The notes: generated by a model from the letters alone, not told the origin. 64,000 nt of DNA from Candidatus Nomurabacteria bacterium (GCA_023267215.1 JAHFNS010000002.1:32149-96148); one strand, 5' to 3'; shown: positions 20,783 to 31,188, numbered from the stretch's first letter. A program made the numbers and translations.

Positions 20783-21754
20783 TTATTTATTATCCCGACC
20801 TTTGTCGAGATTCCGACTTTGGTCGGAACTAATAATTTCGATCGCTTTTGAAATAAGTGGAATAATATCGTTGTAAATGCGAAGCTCTGGAATCTCAGAA
20901 AGTTGAAACCAACGAGCATTATCTAATCCACCAGAAGTACCTAATTGGAGTTCATGATATTCGCTTTCTGCTAAAAAATAAACTACCTTCTTTAAAATTT
21001 TACCATTCTCTGGATGCGACGCGACATATTCATTTTCACCAAGTTTTTCTTTTATAGTAATATCCAATCCAATTTCTTCTTTTATTTCTCTTATAGTTCC
21101 TTCTTCTGTGCTTTCATTGGCAATCTTTTCATTATCTCCAATTCTACCTTTTGATAAAGTCCAATAACCAAAAACATCATGCACTAAAGCAAAAAGGGTA
21201 TTCTCATTTTTTTTAGCATATACTAGTGCTCCCCCTAATTTTTCAATTGGTAATTTGCTAATATCTATTGGCTCTTCAACTTTTTTCTTTTTGCTTATTT
21301 GTTCTTTACCAGGCTCACCTATCTCTTTATAAACTGCTCCCAAAACTCCATTTATAAATTTACCAGAATTTTCTCCACCAAATGTTTTCGCTAATTCTAT
21401 TGCTTCATTAATAGCCACCTTGGGTGGAACTTGATTTCTATCACCAAAAAGAAGTTCAGTTAAACCAATTCTTAAAATGTTTCTGTCAACAATAGAAATC
21501 TTTTGGAGTGGCCAGTCTGGCGCAGCTTTTTTAATTATCTCATCAATAACTTCTGATTTTTTTAAAACTTGTTCTACTAAAGACAACACAAAAACATCAT
21601 CCTCTAATCCTGGAGCAAATTCTTTTAGATTTCTATTTAAAGCCTCTTTTATTTTTTCCCTAGTCCAAAGTCTGCCTTTTTCTTCAGCATTCATAAAATC
21701 CCACTCAAAAAGCGTTTGGAGAACTATTGATCTTGAAAGGTGCCTATTTGCCAT
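20783..21754 (-). CDS. nusB: NusB fused to a C-terminal NUDIX domain
   Basis: RHLSRSIVLQTLFEWD, VAINEAIELAKTFG, FINGVLG; then WTLSKG and REIKEEIG. Confidence 0.9.
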   Translation of the reverse strand: MANRHLSRSIVLQTLFEWDFMNAEEKGRLWTREKIKEALNRNLKEFAPGLEDDVFVLSLVEQVLKKSEVIDEIIKKAAPDWPLQKISIVDRNILRIGLTELLFGDRNQVPPKVAINEAIELAKTFGGENSGKFINGVLGAVYKEIGEPGKEQISKKKKVEEPIDISKLPIEKLGGALVYAKKNENTLFALVHDVFGYWTLSKGRIGDNEKIANESTEEGTIREIKEEIGLDITIKEKLGENEYVASHPENGKILKKVVYFLAESEYHELQLGTSGGLDNARWFQLSEIPELRIYNDIIPLISKAIEIISSDQSRNLDKGRDNK

Positions 21755-21825
21755 AATGTTTGACGCTAAGCTTCAGATTTTAGGCTTTAGTTAAGAAACT
21801 AATTGCCTAGGGTCTAGAGCCTAAT

Positions 21826-22053
21826 TTATTTTGCCTCTGCCTTCTTTGCTTTTTCTTTTTTTTGCTTCTTTTCTATTTTTTTGACCAAATCTAATACTTT
21901 CATTCCGCGGTAAAATCCACAAGATGCACAAACAGTGTGACGCTTTTTAAAATTGCCACAATTTGCGCATTTGGTAAGACCCGTGCTCATCAATGCGTGA
22001 TGAGAACGTCGGTTTGCTGTATGCGATTTTGTATGTCTCATTCGTACTACCAT
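21826..22053 (-). CDS. rpmF: 50S ribosomal protein L32 (start ATG 22053)
   Basis: RRSHHAL, CANCG, HTVCASCGFYRG. Confidence 0.93.
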   Translation of the reverse strand: MVVRMRHTKSHTANRRSHHALMSTGLTKCANCGNFKKRHTVCASCGFYRGMKVLDLVKKIEKKQKKEKAKKAEAK

Positions 22054-22129
22054 AATGTATCCTATAGTAGCATATTCTAGTGGAAATGCAAAATTCTTGT
22101 ATTTTGTAAAAATAGTGCTATTATTTAAG

Positions 22130-22291
22130 GAGTAGAGATTGTTATGGTCACCAACCATAATCCTATCAAATAGGACTGAAAAGCTAATCTACAAAAAATA
22201 AAAAGAGAACAAAGTTGGGTGGAACCGCGAACTAGACTCGCCCCGACAAAAATGAAATGTCGTTCATTTTTGTCGGGGCGATTTTAATTTT
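22130..22291 (+). promoter_or_regulatory. T-box riboswitch leader of thrS (compact form)
   Basis: GGG-TGGAACC-GCGA (22217-22230) can pair with TCGC-CCC (22238-22244) as the antiterminator; competing terminator 22238-22281 plus U-run; promoter TTGTAT (22097) and TGcTATTAT (22116-22124). Confidence 0.8.
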
Positions 22292-22311
22292 AATAATAAC
22301 TTTAGAAATTT

Positions 22312-24069
22312 ATGGAAAAAGAAGAAAAATTACATAATTTAAGACATACGTTGGCACATTTATTGGCAGCTTCCGTCGGTAAAATATATAAATTTGATAA
22401 AGTCAAACTAACATTAGGACCTTCTATCGAAAATGGATTCTATTATGATATAGATTTTGGTGATAAAAAAATATCTGACAGTGATCTTAAAAAGATTGAA
22501 GATACCATGAAAAAAGAATTGCCAAAATGGACAACATGGGAACAAAAAGAATTAAATAAAGAAGATGCTTTAGACTTTTTCAAAAATGAATACAAAATAG
22601 AGCTCATAAATGAAATATCAGACCGTGGAGAAAAAATAACTACTTATACTTGTGGAGGTTTTACTGATTTGTGTCGAGGTGGCCACTTAGAGAATCCAGC
22701 TCAAAATATTGATCCCCTATCTTTCAAGCTCGATCGTGTGGCTGGAGCATACTGGCGTGGAGATGAAAAAAACAAAATGCTCACACGTATTTATGGGCTC
22801 GCATTTGAAACTAAAGAAGGATTAGAAAAATATTTAAATCAAAGAGAGGAAGCATTAAAAAGAGACCATAAGAAAATCGGCAAAGAAATGGGATTGTTTA
22901 CAGTTTCTGAATTAGTAGGAAAAGGGTTACCAATGTATCTACCAAAGGGTAACATAATTCGAACTCAATTAGAAAATTTTATTAGAAAAGAAAAGGAGGA
23001 TTTAGGTTATTCTTTCGTTACAATTCCACACATAGCAAAAAAAGAACTTTATATAAAAAGTGGCCATATGGGTAAATACGATGCGATGATGCCAGTCATG
23101 ACAGATGAAAACGGTGAAGAATTTGTAATGAAAGCCATGAATTGTCCTCATCATTTTGAAATATACAATGCAGAACCACATAGTTATCGTGATCTACCAT
23201 TACGCATAGCAGAAAATACAACTGTATACCGAAACGAAAAAAGTGGAGAACTAGCTGGACTTTTACGTGTTAAAAACTTAACTCAAGATGACACTCACCA
23301 TTTTATAAGAGCTGATCAAATTGAATCAGAAATCGAAATGATTTTTGGTTTAATGCAAAAAGTTTATAAGATATTTGGATTTGATGATTATAAGGTTGAG
23401 GTTTCTACTCGAGACAAAAAAAATAAAGAAAAATATTTTGGAAGTGATGAAGTATGGGAAAAAGCTGAAGAAATATTAGTAAATTCTGCAAAAAAGATGG
23501 GCCTCAAATATAGCATAGAAGAAGGAGAAGCCGCTTTCTATGGACCTAAAATTGATATAAAAGTAAAAGATTCAATAGGGAGAGAATGGCAATTAACCAC
23601 AGTACAACTTGATTTTAATCAACCAAATAATTTTGAAATGGATTATGTTGGAGAAGACGGCAAGAAACACCGTGTTGTTATTTTACATGTTGCAATATTC
23701 GGATCTTTCGAAAGGTTTATGGGAGTTCTTATTGAGCACTACGCTGGAATCTTCCCTCTTTGGCTCTCGCCTATACAGGTAAAAATTATACCCGTCAGAA
23801 CAAATCATAATGAGTATGCCAAAAAAGTTTATGAACTATTGAAGGAAAATAATATTCGTGCAGTACTAGATGACGAAGAAGCAAATCTCGGTGGAAAAGT
23901 TCGTGATGCTAAAAATAATAAAATTCCTTATTGGATAGTTGTTGGCGACAAAGAAATAGAAGCCGATAAAGTTACCTTAGAATCTCGCGATAAAGGACAG
24001 CTTGGTCAAATTTCAAAAGAAGAACTCGTTGTGAAATTGAAGAAAGAAATTGCAGAAAAAATTTCTTAA
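22312..24069 (+). CDS. thrS: Threonyl-tRNA synthetase (no N-terminal TGS domain)
   Basis: LRHTLAHLLA, DLCRGGH, AGAYWRG, KAMNCPHH, EGEAAFYGPKID. Confidence 0.98.
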   Translation: MEKEEKLHNLRHTLAHLLAASVGKIYKFDKVKLTLGPSIENGFYYDIDFGDKKISDSDLKKIEDTMKKELPKWTTWEQKELNKEDALDFFKNEYKIELINEISDRGEKITTYTCGGFTDLCRGGHLENPAQNIDPLSFKLDRVAGAYWRGDEKNKMLTRIYGLAFETKEGLEKYLNQREEALKRDHKKIGKEMGLFTVSELVGKGLPMYLPKGNIIRTQLENFIRKEKEDLGYSFVTIPHIAKKELYIKSGHMGKYDAMMPVMTDENGEEFVMKAMNCPHHFEIYNAEPHSYRDLPLRIAENTTVYRNEKSGELAGLLRVKNLTQDDTHHFIRADQIESEIEMIFGLMQKVYKIFGFDDYKVEVSTRDKKNKEKYFGSDEVWEKAEEILVNSAKKMGLKYSIEEGEAAFYGPKIDIKVKDSIGREWQLTTVQLDFNQPNNFEMDYVGEDGKKHRVVILHVAIFGSFERFMGVLIEHYAGIFPLWLSPIQVKIIPVRTNHNEYAKKVYELLKENNIRAVLDDEEANLGGKVRDAKNNKIPYWIVVGDKEIEADKVTLESRDKGQLGQISKEELVVKLKKEIAEKIS

Positions 24070-24072
24070 GCT

Positions 24073-24648
24073 ATGGATAAAAATGAAGAGCTCAAAAAAA
24101 TACATGAAAAGTGGTTTAAAGACTGTGAGTGCGAATTAAAAAGTACAGCCACTCAGCCTGTCCCCGGAGATGGCAACCCTGCTTCCGAGATTGTTTTTAT
24201 TGGCGAAGCTCCAGGAAAAAGTGAAGATACACAAGGTATACCTTTCGTAGGAGCTGCGGGAAAATTCTTGGCAGAAATGCTGGAAGCGATAAAAATGAAG
24301 CGAGAAGAAATTTATATCACCAATATTGTGAAATATCGCCCGCCCAACAATCGCGATCCACTTCCAGAAGAAAAAGATGCCTGCAGAGAATGGCTCATAG
24401 AAGAACTCAACTTTATAAATCCAAAATTGATAGTGTTTTTAGGCAGACATTCAATGAATGATTTCTTTCCTACTGAAAAAATTTCTGATGTCCACGGCAA
24501 ACTTTTAATAAAAAAATTTAATCACATAAACACGAAACACTTTCTTCCTCTCTATCATCCAGCCGCTGCGCTTTATAATGGCGGAATGCGAGAAACTCTA
24601 ATAGAAGATTTCAAAAAAATCCCCAAAATTCTAGAGAAAATAAAATAA
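24073..24648 (+). CDS. Uracil-DNA glycosylase, family 4
   Basis: FIGEAPG, PFVGAAGK, KYRPPNNRDP, LYHPAA. Confidence 0.92.
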   Translation: MDKNEELKKIHEKWFKDCECELKSTATQPVPGDGNPASEIVFIGEAPGKSEDTQGIPFVGAAGKFLAEMLEAIKMKREEIYITNIVKYRPPNNRDPLPEEKDACREWLIEELNFINPKLIVFLGRHSMNDFFPTEKISDVHGKLLIKKFNHINTKHFLPLYHPAAALYNGGMRETLIEDFKKIPKILEKIK

Positions 24649-24649
24649 A

Positions 24650-25240
24650 TTATTTATCCTTAAAATTTAAAAATGGATTTTCGTCACCAAAAATTAGTTT
24701 AGGGAACTTATTATTTATAACTTCTTCCGGAATTCCATACTTTAGAGCAAGGACTTTACCAGCTGAACCAAAAACAGCCTGACTATAATCAAAACCAAGT
24801 TTTTTACTAACTTCTTTTACTTTTTCTTCTGATTTGCCTTCCACTTCGATATAAGGCTCTAAAAAAGGCCATTCATCAATGGTTATTTCCACATCTTCCA
24901 ACATCCAAAGTTCTCTTTTGCTCTCTTGATACGATTTTTCTACACAGCCTATATCTCTCAATATCTGGCAAGTTTTATCAAAATCATCCACAACAACTTG
25001 AATTTCTCTTTGATTATGTATCTCCTCTCCATCAATTATTTTGAATGACAAAGTAATTTTGTCTCCTTCGTCACGAACTCTTAACCAAGTATTATGTTTT
25101 GCTCTTCCTTCAGGCAAATTAAAAGGCACCCGACGTTGCATATATTCTGGTCGAATTAATTTAGCTCCAGCTTTTTCTAAACGTGTACGAATTTCGTCTT
25201 TATCCACGTTTATAAATTTTGCCTCGTATTCTATTTCCAT
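24650..25240 (-). CDS. CYTH-domain (class IV adenylate cyclase-like) protein
   Basis: EIEYEAK ExExK motif, WLRVR, YIEVE. Confidence 0.88.
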   Translation of the reverse strand: MEIEYEAKFINVDKDEIRTRLEKAGAKLIRPEYMQRRVPFNLPEGRAKHNTWLRVRDEGDKITLSFKIIDGEEIHNQREIQVVVDDFDKTCQILRDIGCVEKSYQESKRELWMLEDVEITIDEWPFLEPYIEVEGKSEEKVKEVSKKLGFDYSQAVFGSAGKVLALKYGIPEEVINNKFPKLIFGDENPFLNFKDK

Positions 25241-25246
25241 AGATTT

Positions 25247-27325
25247 TTAGATATCAATCTCTGCTAATTTGGCATTGGATTGGATGAATGATTTTCTTGG
25301 AGGAACTTCGGAGCCCATTAAGATTTCAAATATTTTATCAGCTTCTTCGGCATCTTCTATATTAACTTTTTTGAGAATACGATGAGCTGGATCCATTGTT
25401 GTCTCCCAAAGTTCTTCTGGATTCATTTCTCCGAGACCTTTATAGCGTTGAATGTGTATTTTATTTGATTTCGTTTTTACCTCTTCTTCTAACCCTTCGA
25501 CTAGCTCAGGACCTTCGACATCTGTCTCTTCCACTGTTTGTATTTCACTAACATCTGTTTCTTTACCAATTAATTTAGTTTTTTCTTCATCAGAATAAGC
25601 ATAACTAATCTCTTTACCTTTCTTTATTTTATAAAGTGGGGGTTGGGCAATATAAATATATCCTGCATCCACAACTTGTCTGAAATATCTGTAAAACAAA
25701 GTGAGGAGAAGTGTGCGGATATGTGCACCGTCCACGTCGGCATCTGTCGCAATAATTATTTTGTGATAACGCATTTTTTCAAGATCAAAAGTATCTCCAA
25801 TAGAAGTACCAAGAGCAATGACCAACGATCTTATTTCTTTAGAGGCAAGCATTTTATCAATTCTTGCTCTTTCAACATTTAAAATTTTTCCTTTCAAAGG
25901 AAGTATCGCTTGGGTGCGTCTGTCTCTTCCTTGTTTTGCCGAACCTCCTGCAGAATCTCCCTCCACTAAAAACAATTCAGATTCTTCTGCACTTTTGCTT
26001 TGACAATCTGCAAGTTTTCCAGGAAGAGTCATCCCTTCAAGAGCACCTTTGCGAAGTACAGAATCTTTAGCTGCCTTGGCTGCTTTGCGTGCCTTTAACG
26101 CCAAAATAGACTTATTGATTATAGCCTTAGCATTATCTGGGTTTTCTTCCAAGAAACTAGTAAAAGCTTCTCCAAACACTGTTCCCACAGCTCCTTGAGC
26201 CTCCATTGAACCTAGTTTTGCTTTTGTCTGTCCTTCAAATTGAATTTCTCTTAACTTAACTGAGATCACTGCGGTCAATCCTTCCAATACATCATCTCCC
26301 GTAAAACCTCCCTCGGAATCTTTCATCATTTCATTTTTCTTGCAGTAAGTATTAAGAGTGCGAGTAAGAGCAGTTTTAAAACCAGTCACATGTGTACCAC
26401 CTTCTCCAGTATAAATATTATTTGCAAATGGAATAATTTTGTCTACAATGTCATCAACATATTGCAAAGCTATTTCAACTACTACACCATCTAATTCTTT
26501 CTCCACATAAAAAATATTATCTTGGATTGATTTCTGAAATTTATTATAATATTTAATAAGTGAAATCAACCCTCCTTCAAAATAAAAAGAAGTGGACGGT
26601 AATTCTAGATTTAAATCCTTGAAATAAAAAACATCATTATCGTCTAGTCCTTTTTTATTGTTCCATTCTCTTGCATCAATTATTGAAACTTTTAATTTCT
26701 TTACTAAATATGCTTGTTGACGAATATGACTGACAACAGTATTCCAGTCAAATTTAATGTCTTTAAAGATCTCCTGGTCTGGCTCAAAAGTAATAATGGT
26801 TCCATTTAACTTAGAAGAACCAATTTTTTTTACTGCAGATTTTTTCTTACCTTGAGAGTACTCTTGAATATATTTACCTCCATCTTTATGGACTTCTGCT
26901 TTACAATAAATAGAAAGTGCATTTACAACAGACGCACCTACTCCGTGCAAACCTCCAGAAACTTTATAACCTTCACCTCCAAATTTTCCTCCAGCGTGTA
27001 ATGTGGTCATTACAGTTTCAAGTGCTGAAACTTTAGTTTTCTTGTGTATATCAACAGGAATACCACGGCCATTGTCTGCAACACGAATACGATTATTAGG
27101 TAATAATACAACCTCTATGTCAGTACAAAAACCACCCATCGCTTCATCGCGTGAGTTATCAAAAATTTCCCAAATTAAATGATGAAGTCCGTCTATGCCA
27201 GTGGTACCTATATACATTCCTGGACGACGTCTGACAGGCTCGAGACCTTCTAAGACCGAAATGTCCGAAGCATCATAATGGTGCCCATTTCCGCTTGTTT
27301 TTTTAGTGTCTTTTTCTTTAGCCAT
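25247..27325 (-). CDS. gyrB: DNA gyrase subunit B
   Basis: RRRPGMYIG, SGGLHGVG, VEGDSAGG, TDADVDG, QRYKGLGEMN. Confidence 0.97.
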   Translation of the reverse strand: MAKEKDTKKTSGNGHHYDASDISVLEGLEPVRRRPGMYIGTTGIDGLHHLIWEIFDNSRDEAMGGFCTDIEVVLLPNNRIRVADNGRGIPVDIHKKTKVSALETVMTTLHAGGKFGGEGYKVSGGLHGVGASVVNALSIYCKAEVHKDGGKYIQEYSQGKKKSAVKKIGSSKLNGTIITFEPDQEIFKDIKFDWNTVVSHIRQQAYLVKKLKVSIIDAREWNNKKGLDDNDVFYFKDLNLELPSTSFYFEGGLISLIKYYNKFQKSIQDNIFYVEKELDGVVVEIALQYVDDIVDKIIPFANNIYTGEGGTHVTGFKTALTRTLNTYCKKNEMMKDSEGGFTGDDVLEGLTAVISVKLREIQFEGQTKAKLGSMEAQGAVGTVFGEAFTSFLEENPDNAKAIINKSILALKARKAAKAAKDSVLRKGALEGMTLPGKLADCQSKSAEESELFLVEGDSAGGSAKQGRDRRTQAILPLKGKILNVERARIDKMLASKEIRSLVIALGTSIGDTFDLEKMRYHKIIIATDADVDGAHIRTLLLTLFYRYFRQVVDAGYIYIAQPPLYKIKKGKEISYAYSDEEKTKLIGKETDVSEIQTVEETDVEGPELVEGLEEEVKTKSNKIHIQRYKGLGEMNPEELWETTMDPAHRILKKVNIEDAEEADKIFEILMGSEVPPRKSFIQSNAKLAEIDI

Positions 27326-27408
27326 TTTATATTAAATAAAGTCAAAAAATAAAAGCAAAATAGAATTTTGCTTAACGCATTATAACAAAAAATAACATAA
27401 AAAACTAG

Positions 27409-28602
27409 TTAATTTATTCTTTTAAAACTCAGACCATCTAAGGGATTCGTTCCATCTAATACCTCCTGTTTATCATTATAACCATCTCCATCAGAATCAG
27501 CTTTGAACATGTTTGTATGCCAAGCATTACTCTCTGCGCTATCAGATAAACCATCTCCATCCTCATCCCCATTTTGATATACATAATTATAGCCAAAATA
27601 TTGATAACATTTTTCAATTTGTTTGTATCCATTAAATTTATCCATTCGTTCACAATCATTAATTTTATTGTTTACAGCAATCGCTAATTCACAATTACTA
27701 AAAGTGTCTGATTCTTTTATTGCCTTACAAATATTCATATCATTTAAATTAACAGCTTTATTAAGAATATCAGCATTACTCATGCCCACTGTTTGTTTTT
27801 TTGCGTTGTAAACATTAATTACCATAGAACACTGATCAAAGGAACTTTTATCTTTTATAACTTCTTTCATTAAATTACAGATTCCATTGTCCCCTGTATT
27901 CATAGCTACCTTATATAGACATTCAAATCTTGGACTCTCTCTAGAATCACTAGTATCAGGTAGTTCTCTGCATAACTTTGTATCGTTGGTTTTTATTGCT
28001 ATCTCTTTCTTGCAGATATCGCTATTTTGGGTTGTTTCACAACCTAGAACATTTAAACTTGATATTGTGCTTTCCAAGGTAGAATATTTCCTATCCGCAT
28101 TAAATCTAGAAAAATCATCAGGCATATATAACACAGTGTACATCACCAACAGTATTATGGAAAAAGCAAGAAAAATAAAAATTTTTCTTGCTAAATATAT
28201 ATTCTTTTTTACTAGACTGAAATGATATAAATTTAGAATTAAAATTAACAAAATAAAAAATATCATCGGCAGTTCCGTAAAGGCAATCACCCTATATTGT
28301 TCATAGGAAAGATTAAAATATAAAAAGAAGAAAAATATTTTATATAGAAAACAAGCAAAACCAGAAACTAAAAAATAAATACTATATTTTCTCTGAGAGC
28401 CAAAGTCCGGCTCAGTTGGTAAATGTTTAAATTCATATACCATAAGGACAACTATGTCTAGTATTCCAAGAAAAAACCAATAAGGAATAAATACAAGACC
28501 TGCCATCTCCCAACCTCCAGATGGTTCAAATATGATACCAGGTAAATATCCTACCAAAAAAGAAATTATTAATAAAACCAAATAAAATTTAAATCTTTTC
28601 AT
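27409..28602 (-). CDS. Multi-TM protein with Cys-rich repeats and C-terminal Ca-binding (TSP3-like) repeats
   Basis: About 5 TM helices, repeated C...C...C(Y/K/E)xxxA units, DEDGDGLSD and DSDGDGYNDKQEV. Confidence 0.65.
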   Translation of the reverse strand: MKRFKFYLVLLIISFLVGYLPGIIFEPSGGWEMAGLVFIPYWFFLGILDIVVLMVYEFKHLPTEPDFGSQRKYSIYFLVSGFACFLYKIFFFFLYFNLSYEQYRVIAFTELPMIFFILLILILNLYHFSLVKKNIYLARKIFIFLAFSIILLVMYTVLYMPDDFSRFNADRKYSTLESTISSLNVLGCETTQNSDICKKEIAIKTNDTKLCRELPDTSDSRESPRFECLYKVAMNTGDNGICNLMKEVIKDKSSFDQCSMVINVYNAKKQTVGMSNADILNKAVNLNDMNICKAIKESDTFSNCELAIAVNNKINDCERMDKFNGYKQIEKCYQYFGYNYVYQNGDEDGDGLSDSAESNAWHTNMFKADSDGDGYNDKQEVLDGTNPLDGLSFKRIN

Positions 28603-28632
28603 GTGATTAATAATAACACAAAAACTAATTGA

Positions 28633-30414
28633 CTAGCGTATTTGCCAACTTGAATTTTCGCTTATTTTATGGCTTATTTTGGCCATAATTTCACTTACTT
28701 CTTCGTCTTTTAGTGTTCTTTCGTATGATTGGAAAATGAGTCTAAAAGCATATGATGTTTTACCGTCTTTTGTGAACGAATCGAATACGTAAGGTTCCTT
28801 AATCAGAAGATCTGTTCCATTTTCTATGAGTATCTTTTTTAACTTTTCAGGATCTTCCCTTTCTGCCATCCACACAGCGACATCACGAGAGATGAATGGA
28901 TAGATGGACCAAGGCTTAAACATAGGCGTTAGGCCATAGGCTTTAGGCTCTAGTTTAAAATCTAAATCCATATCTTTAGAAAAATCATCTAATGTGACTT
29001 CAATAATATTTTTCTTCTCATTATAAGCAACGTGCATTTCTTCTCCACTTTTTTTAAACACAGTTCCAATTTCAAAAATCTTTATCTCGTTCATTTCAAG
29101 CAGTGGCATGTTGAGTTGATTTAATTTCAAACTCTCTTTTAACCCATCACTCAAATTTGTTCTTAAAAACTTTTTATCAGAAGCAGAAGCAAGTACCTCC
29201 ACTTCCCCTTTATCTCTAAAAGCATAAGTCATCACTTCGCTATATCCATCGTTTAAAAGTTTATTACGAGCCCAAAGCATTTTGGAAAAATTTTCATTTA
29301 TTTTTGAACTCCAATTTATTTCTGGAAGTTTTTCTTCTAATTTTTCATATCCCAAAATTCTTCCAATTTCTTCTACCATATCTTCTTCTATCGCTAGATC
29401 AAAACGCATCGGCGGTAAAATAATTTCAAAATTATTGTCACTTTGTGTATATTCAAAATTATATCTACTTAAAATATCTTTTATTTCATCTAATGAAATA
29501 TTTATACCTAAAACTTTTGACATTTTATCAGCAGAAAAAGAAAGTTTTCTTGTTTCTTGTTTCTTTGGGTAGATATCAATAATTTCCTCAAATTCCATTC
29601 CACCATATTCAACCAAAAGTCCTGATAGTTCTCTCATTGCATATGAAGCAAGTTCTGAAGATAAATTATTTTCAAATCTTTTTGATGAATCAGTAAAAAC
29701 ATTTACTCTCTTTGAGGTCTTACGCACAGAAATGGGATCAAAGTTGGCAACTTCTATTAAAATATTTTTTGTATTCTCATCTACCTCAGCCATTTTTCCA
29801 CCTTTGACTCCAGCAATAGCAAGAACATTTTTACTATCTGCAATTACCATATCTGCAACTGAAAGTTTTATTTCTTTTCCATCCAAGGTTATAATGTTTT
29901 CTCCTTCTTTGGCTGACCTAATGATTATTATTTCGTCTGCCAGTTTATCTAAATCAAAAGCATGACATGGCTGACCAGAGTCATACATTACTATATTTGT
30001 CGCATCAACTATGTTATTAATGCTTCTCTGCCCAATAGACTCTAGATGTTTTTTAACCCAATCTGGCGAAGGACCAATTTTCACATTCCTCACAATTCTA
30101 CCCATATAACGACGGCATTTATCTGTCTCTATTTTAATCTTTAGTTTAGTCGGTTTTGTTTCTGGAATTTTATAAAAAGATGTAGGATCATTAAATTTAA
30201 CTCCTAACTGACTAGCAACTTCACGAGCTATTCCCTGATGAGAAAGTAAATCATGGGCTCGGTTTGGCAAAATATTTAAATCGAAAATAGTATCGTCTAC
30301 TATTTTTTCTGTTCCCTCTACTTCACAAAGATGAAAAGTCAAAATATCAGATAATTTATCTTCACTTGGAATTTCCGGAATATATGATTTTAACCAGTTG
30401 TAAGAAATTTTCAT
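28633..30414 (-). CDS. pheT: Phenylalanyl-tRNA synthetase beta subunit (shortened)
   Basis: MKISYNWL, PNRAHDLLSHQGIARE, INNIVD, EEDMVEEIGR, C-terminal FDX-ACB domain. Confidence 0.95.
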   Translation of the reverse strand: MKISYNWLKSYIPEIPSEDKLSDILTFHLCEVEGTEKIVDDTIFDLNILPNRAHDLLSHQGIAREVASQLGVKFNDPTSFYKIPETKPTKLKIKIETDKCRRYMGRIVRNVKIGPSPDWVKKHLESIGQRSINNIVDATNIVMYDSGQPCHAFDLDKLADEIIIIRSAKEGENIITLDGKEIKLSVADMVIADSKNVLAIAGVKGGKMAEVDENTKNILIEVANFDPISVRKTSKRVNVFTDSSKRFENNLSSELASYAMRELSGLLVEYGGMEFEEIIDIYPKKQETRKLSFSADKMSKVLGINISLDEIKDILSRYNFEYTQSDNNFEIILPPMRFDLAIEEDMVEEIGRILGYEKLEEKLPEINWSSKINENFSKMLWARNKLLNDGYSEVMTYAFRDKGEVEVLASASDKKFLRTNLSDGLKESLKLNQLNMPLLEMNEIKIFEIGTVFKKSGEEMHVAYNEKKNIIEVTLDDFSKDMDLDFKLEPKAYGLTPMFKPWSIYPFISRDVAVWMAEREDPEKLKKILIENGTDLLIKEPYVFDSFTKDGKTSYAFRLIFQSYERTLKDEEVSEIMAKISHKISENSSWQIR

Positions 30415-30417
30415 ATT

Positions 30418-31146
30418 TTAAAATTGATTAAATCTTAGATCACCTTGATAAGCTGGGCGAATGTCTGGCATACCATATTTAATAATCATTAATCTTTCAA
30501 GTCCTGGACCAAAAGCAAAACCTTGATATTTTGTAGAATCAATTCCACAATTTTTTAAAACATCTGGATGCACCATACCAGCCCCACCCATTTCGAGCCA
30601 TTTGCCATTGAACTTCATATCAAATTCTATAGATGGTTCAGTAAAAGGAAAAAAACTTGGACGAAATCTAATTTCAATATTTTCACCTAACATTTTTTTA
30701 CAAAAATAAGAAAGTGTCGCTTTAAGATTGGACATATTTATATTTTCTCCTATTACTAAACCTTCGATTTGATAAAATTGCATTTCATGAGTTGCGTCTG
30801 TTGCTTCATTACGAAAACATTTTCCAGGAGCAATAATGGCAAACGGTGGTTTACCTCCAGATTTAACTAAATTTTCCATATATCTAATTTGCACATTTGA
30901 AGTATGTGTTCTCAATACCTCTCCTTCCTTTCCTTTGATATAAAAAGTGTCTTGCATGTCACGAGCGGGATGATCTTTAGGAACATTTAATGCATCGAAA
31001 TTGTGCCAAACATCTTCAAGTTCAGGCCCTGTAGCCACTTCAAAACCAAGCTCGGTAAAAATCTTTACCGCGTCATTTATTACTATAGAAAGTGGGTGTT
31101 CCCTGCCAGCGCAGGCAGGCCTACCTTTTTTTATCTCTTCACTCAT
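30418..31146 (-). CDS. pheS: Phenylalanyl-tRNA synthetase alpha subunit lacking the N-terminal coiled coil (start probably ATG 31146)
   Basis: [35 protein letters not shown]. Confidence 0.95.
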   Translation of the reverse strand: MSEEIKKGRPACAGREHPLSIVINDAVKIFTELGFEVATGPELEDVWHNFDALNVPKDHPARDMQDTFYIKGKEGEVLRTHTSNVQIRYMENLVKSGGKPPFAIIAPGKCFRNEATDATHEMQFYQIEGLVIGENINMSNLKATLSYFCKKMLGENIEIRFRPSFFPFTEPSIEFDMKFNGKWLEMGGAGMVHPDVLKNCGIDSTKYQGFAFGPGLERLMIIKYGMPDIRPAYQGDLRFNQF

Positions 31147-31188
31147 TAGAAAAATATAGCACAAAAAGAGCTTTTCTAAAAGATTTAA

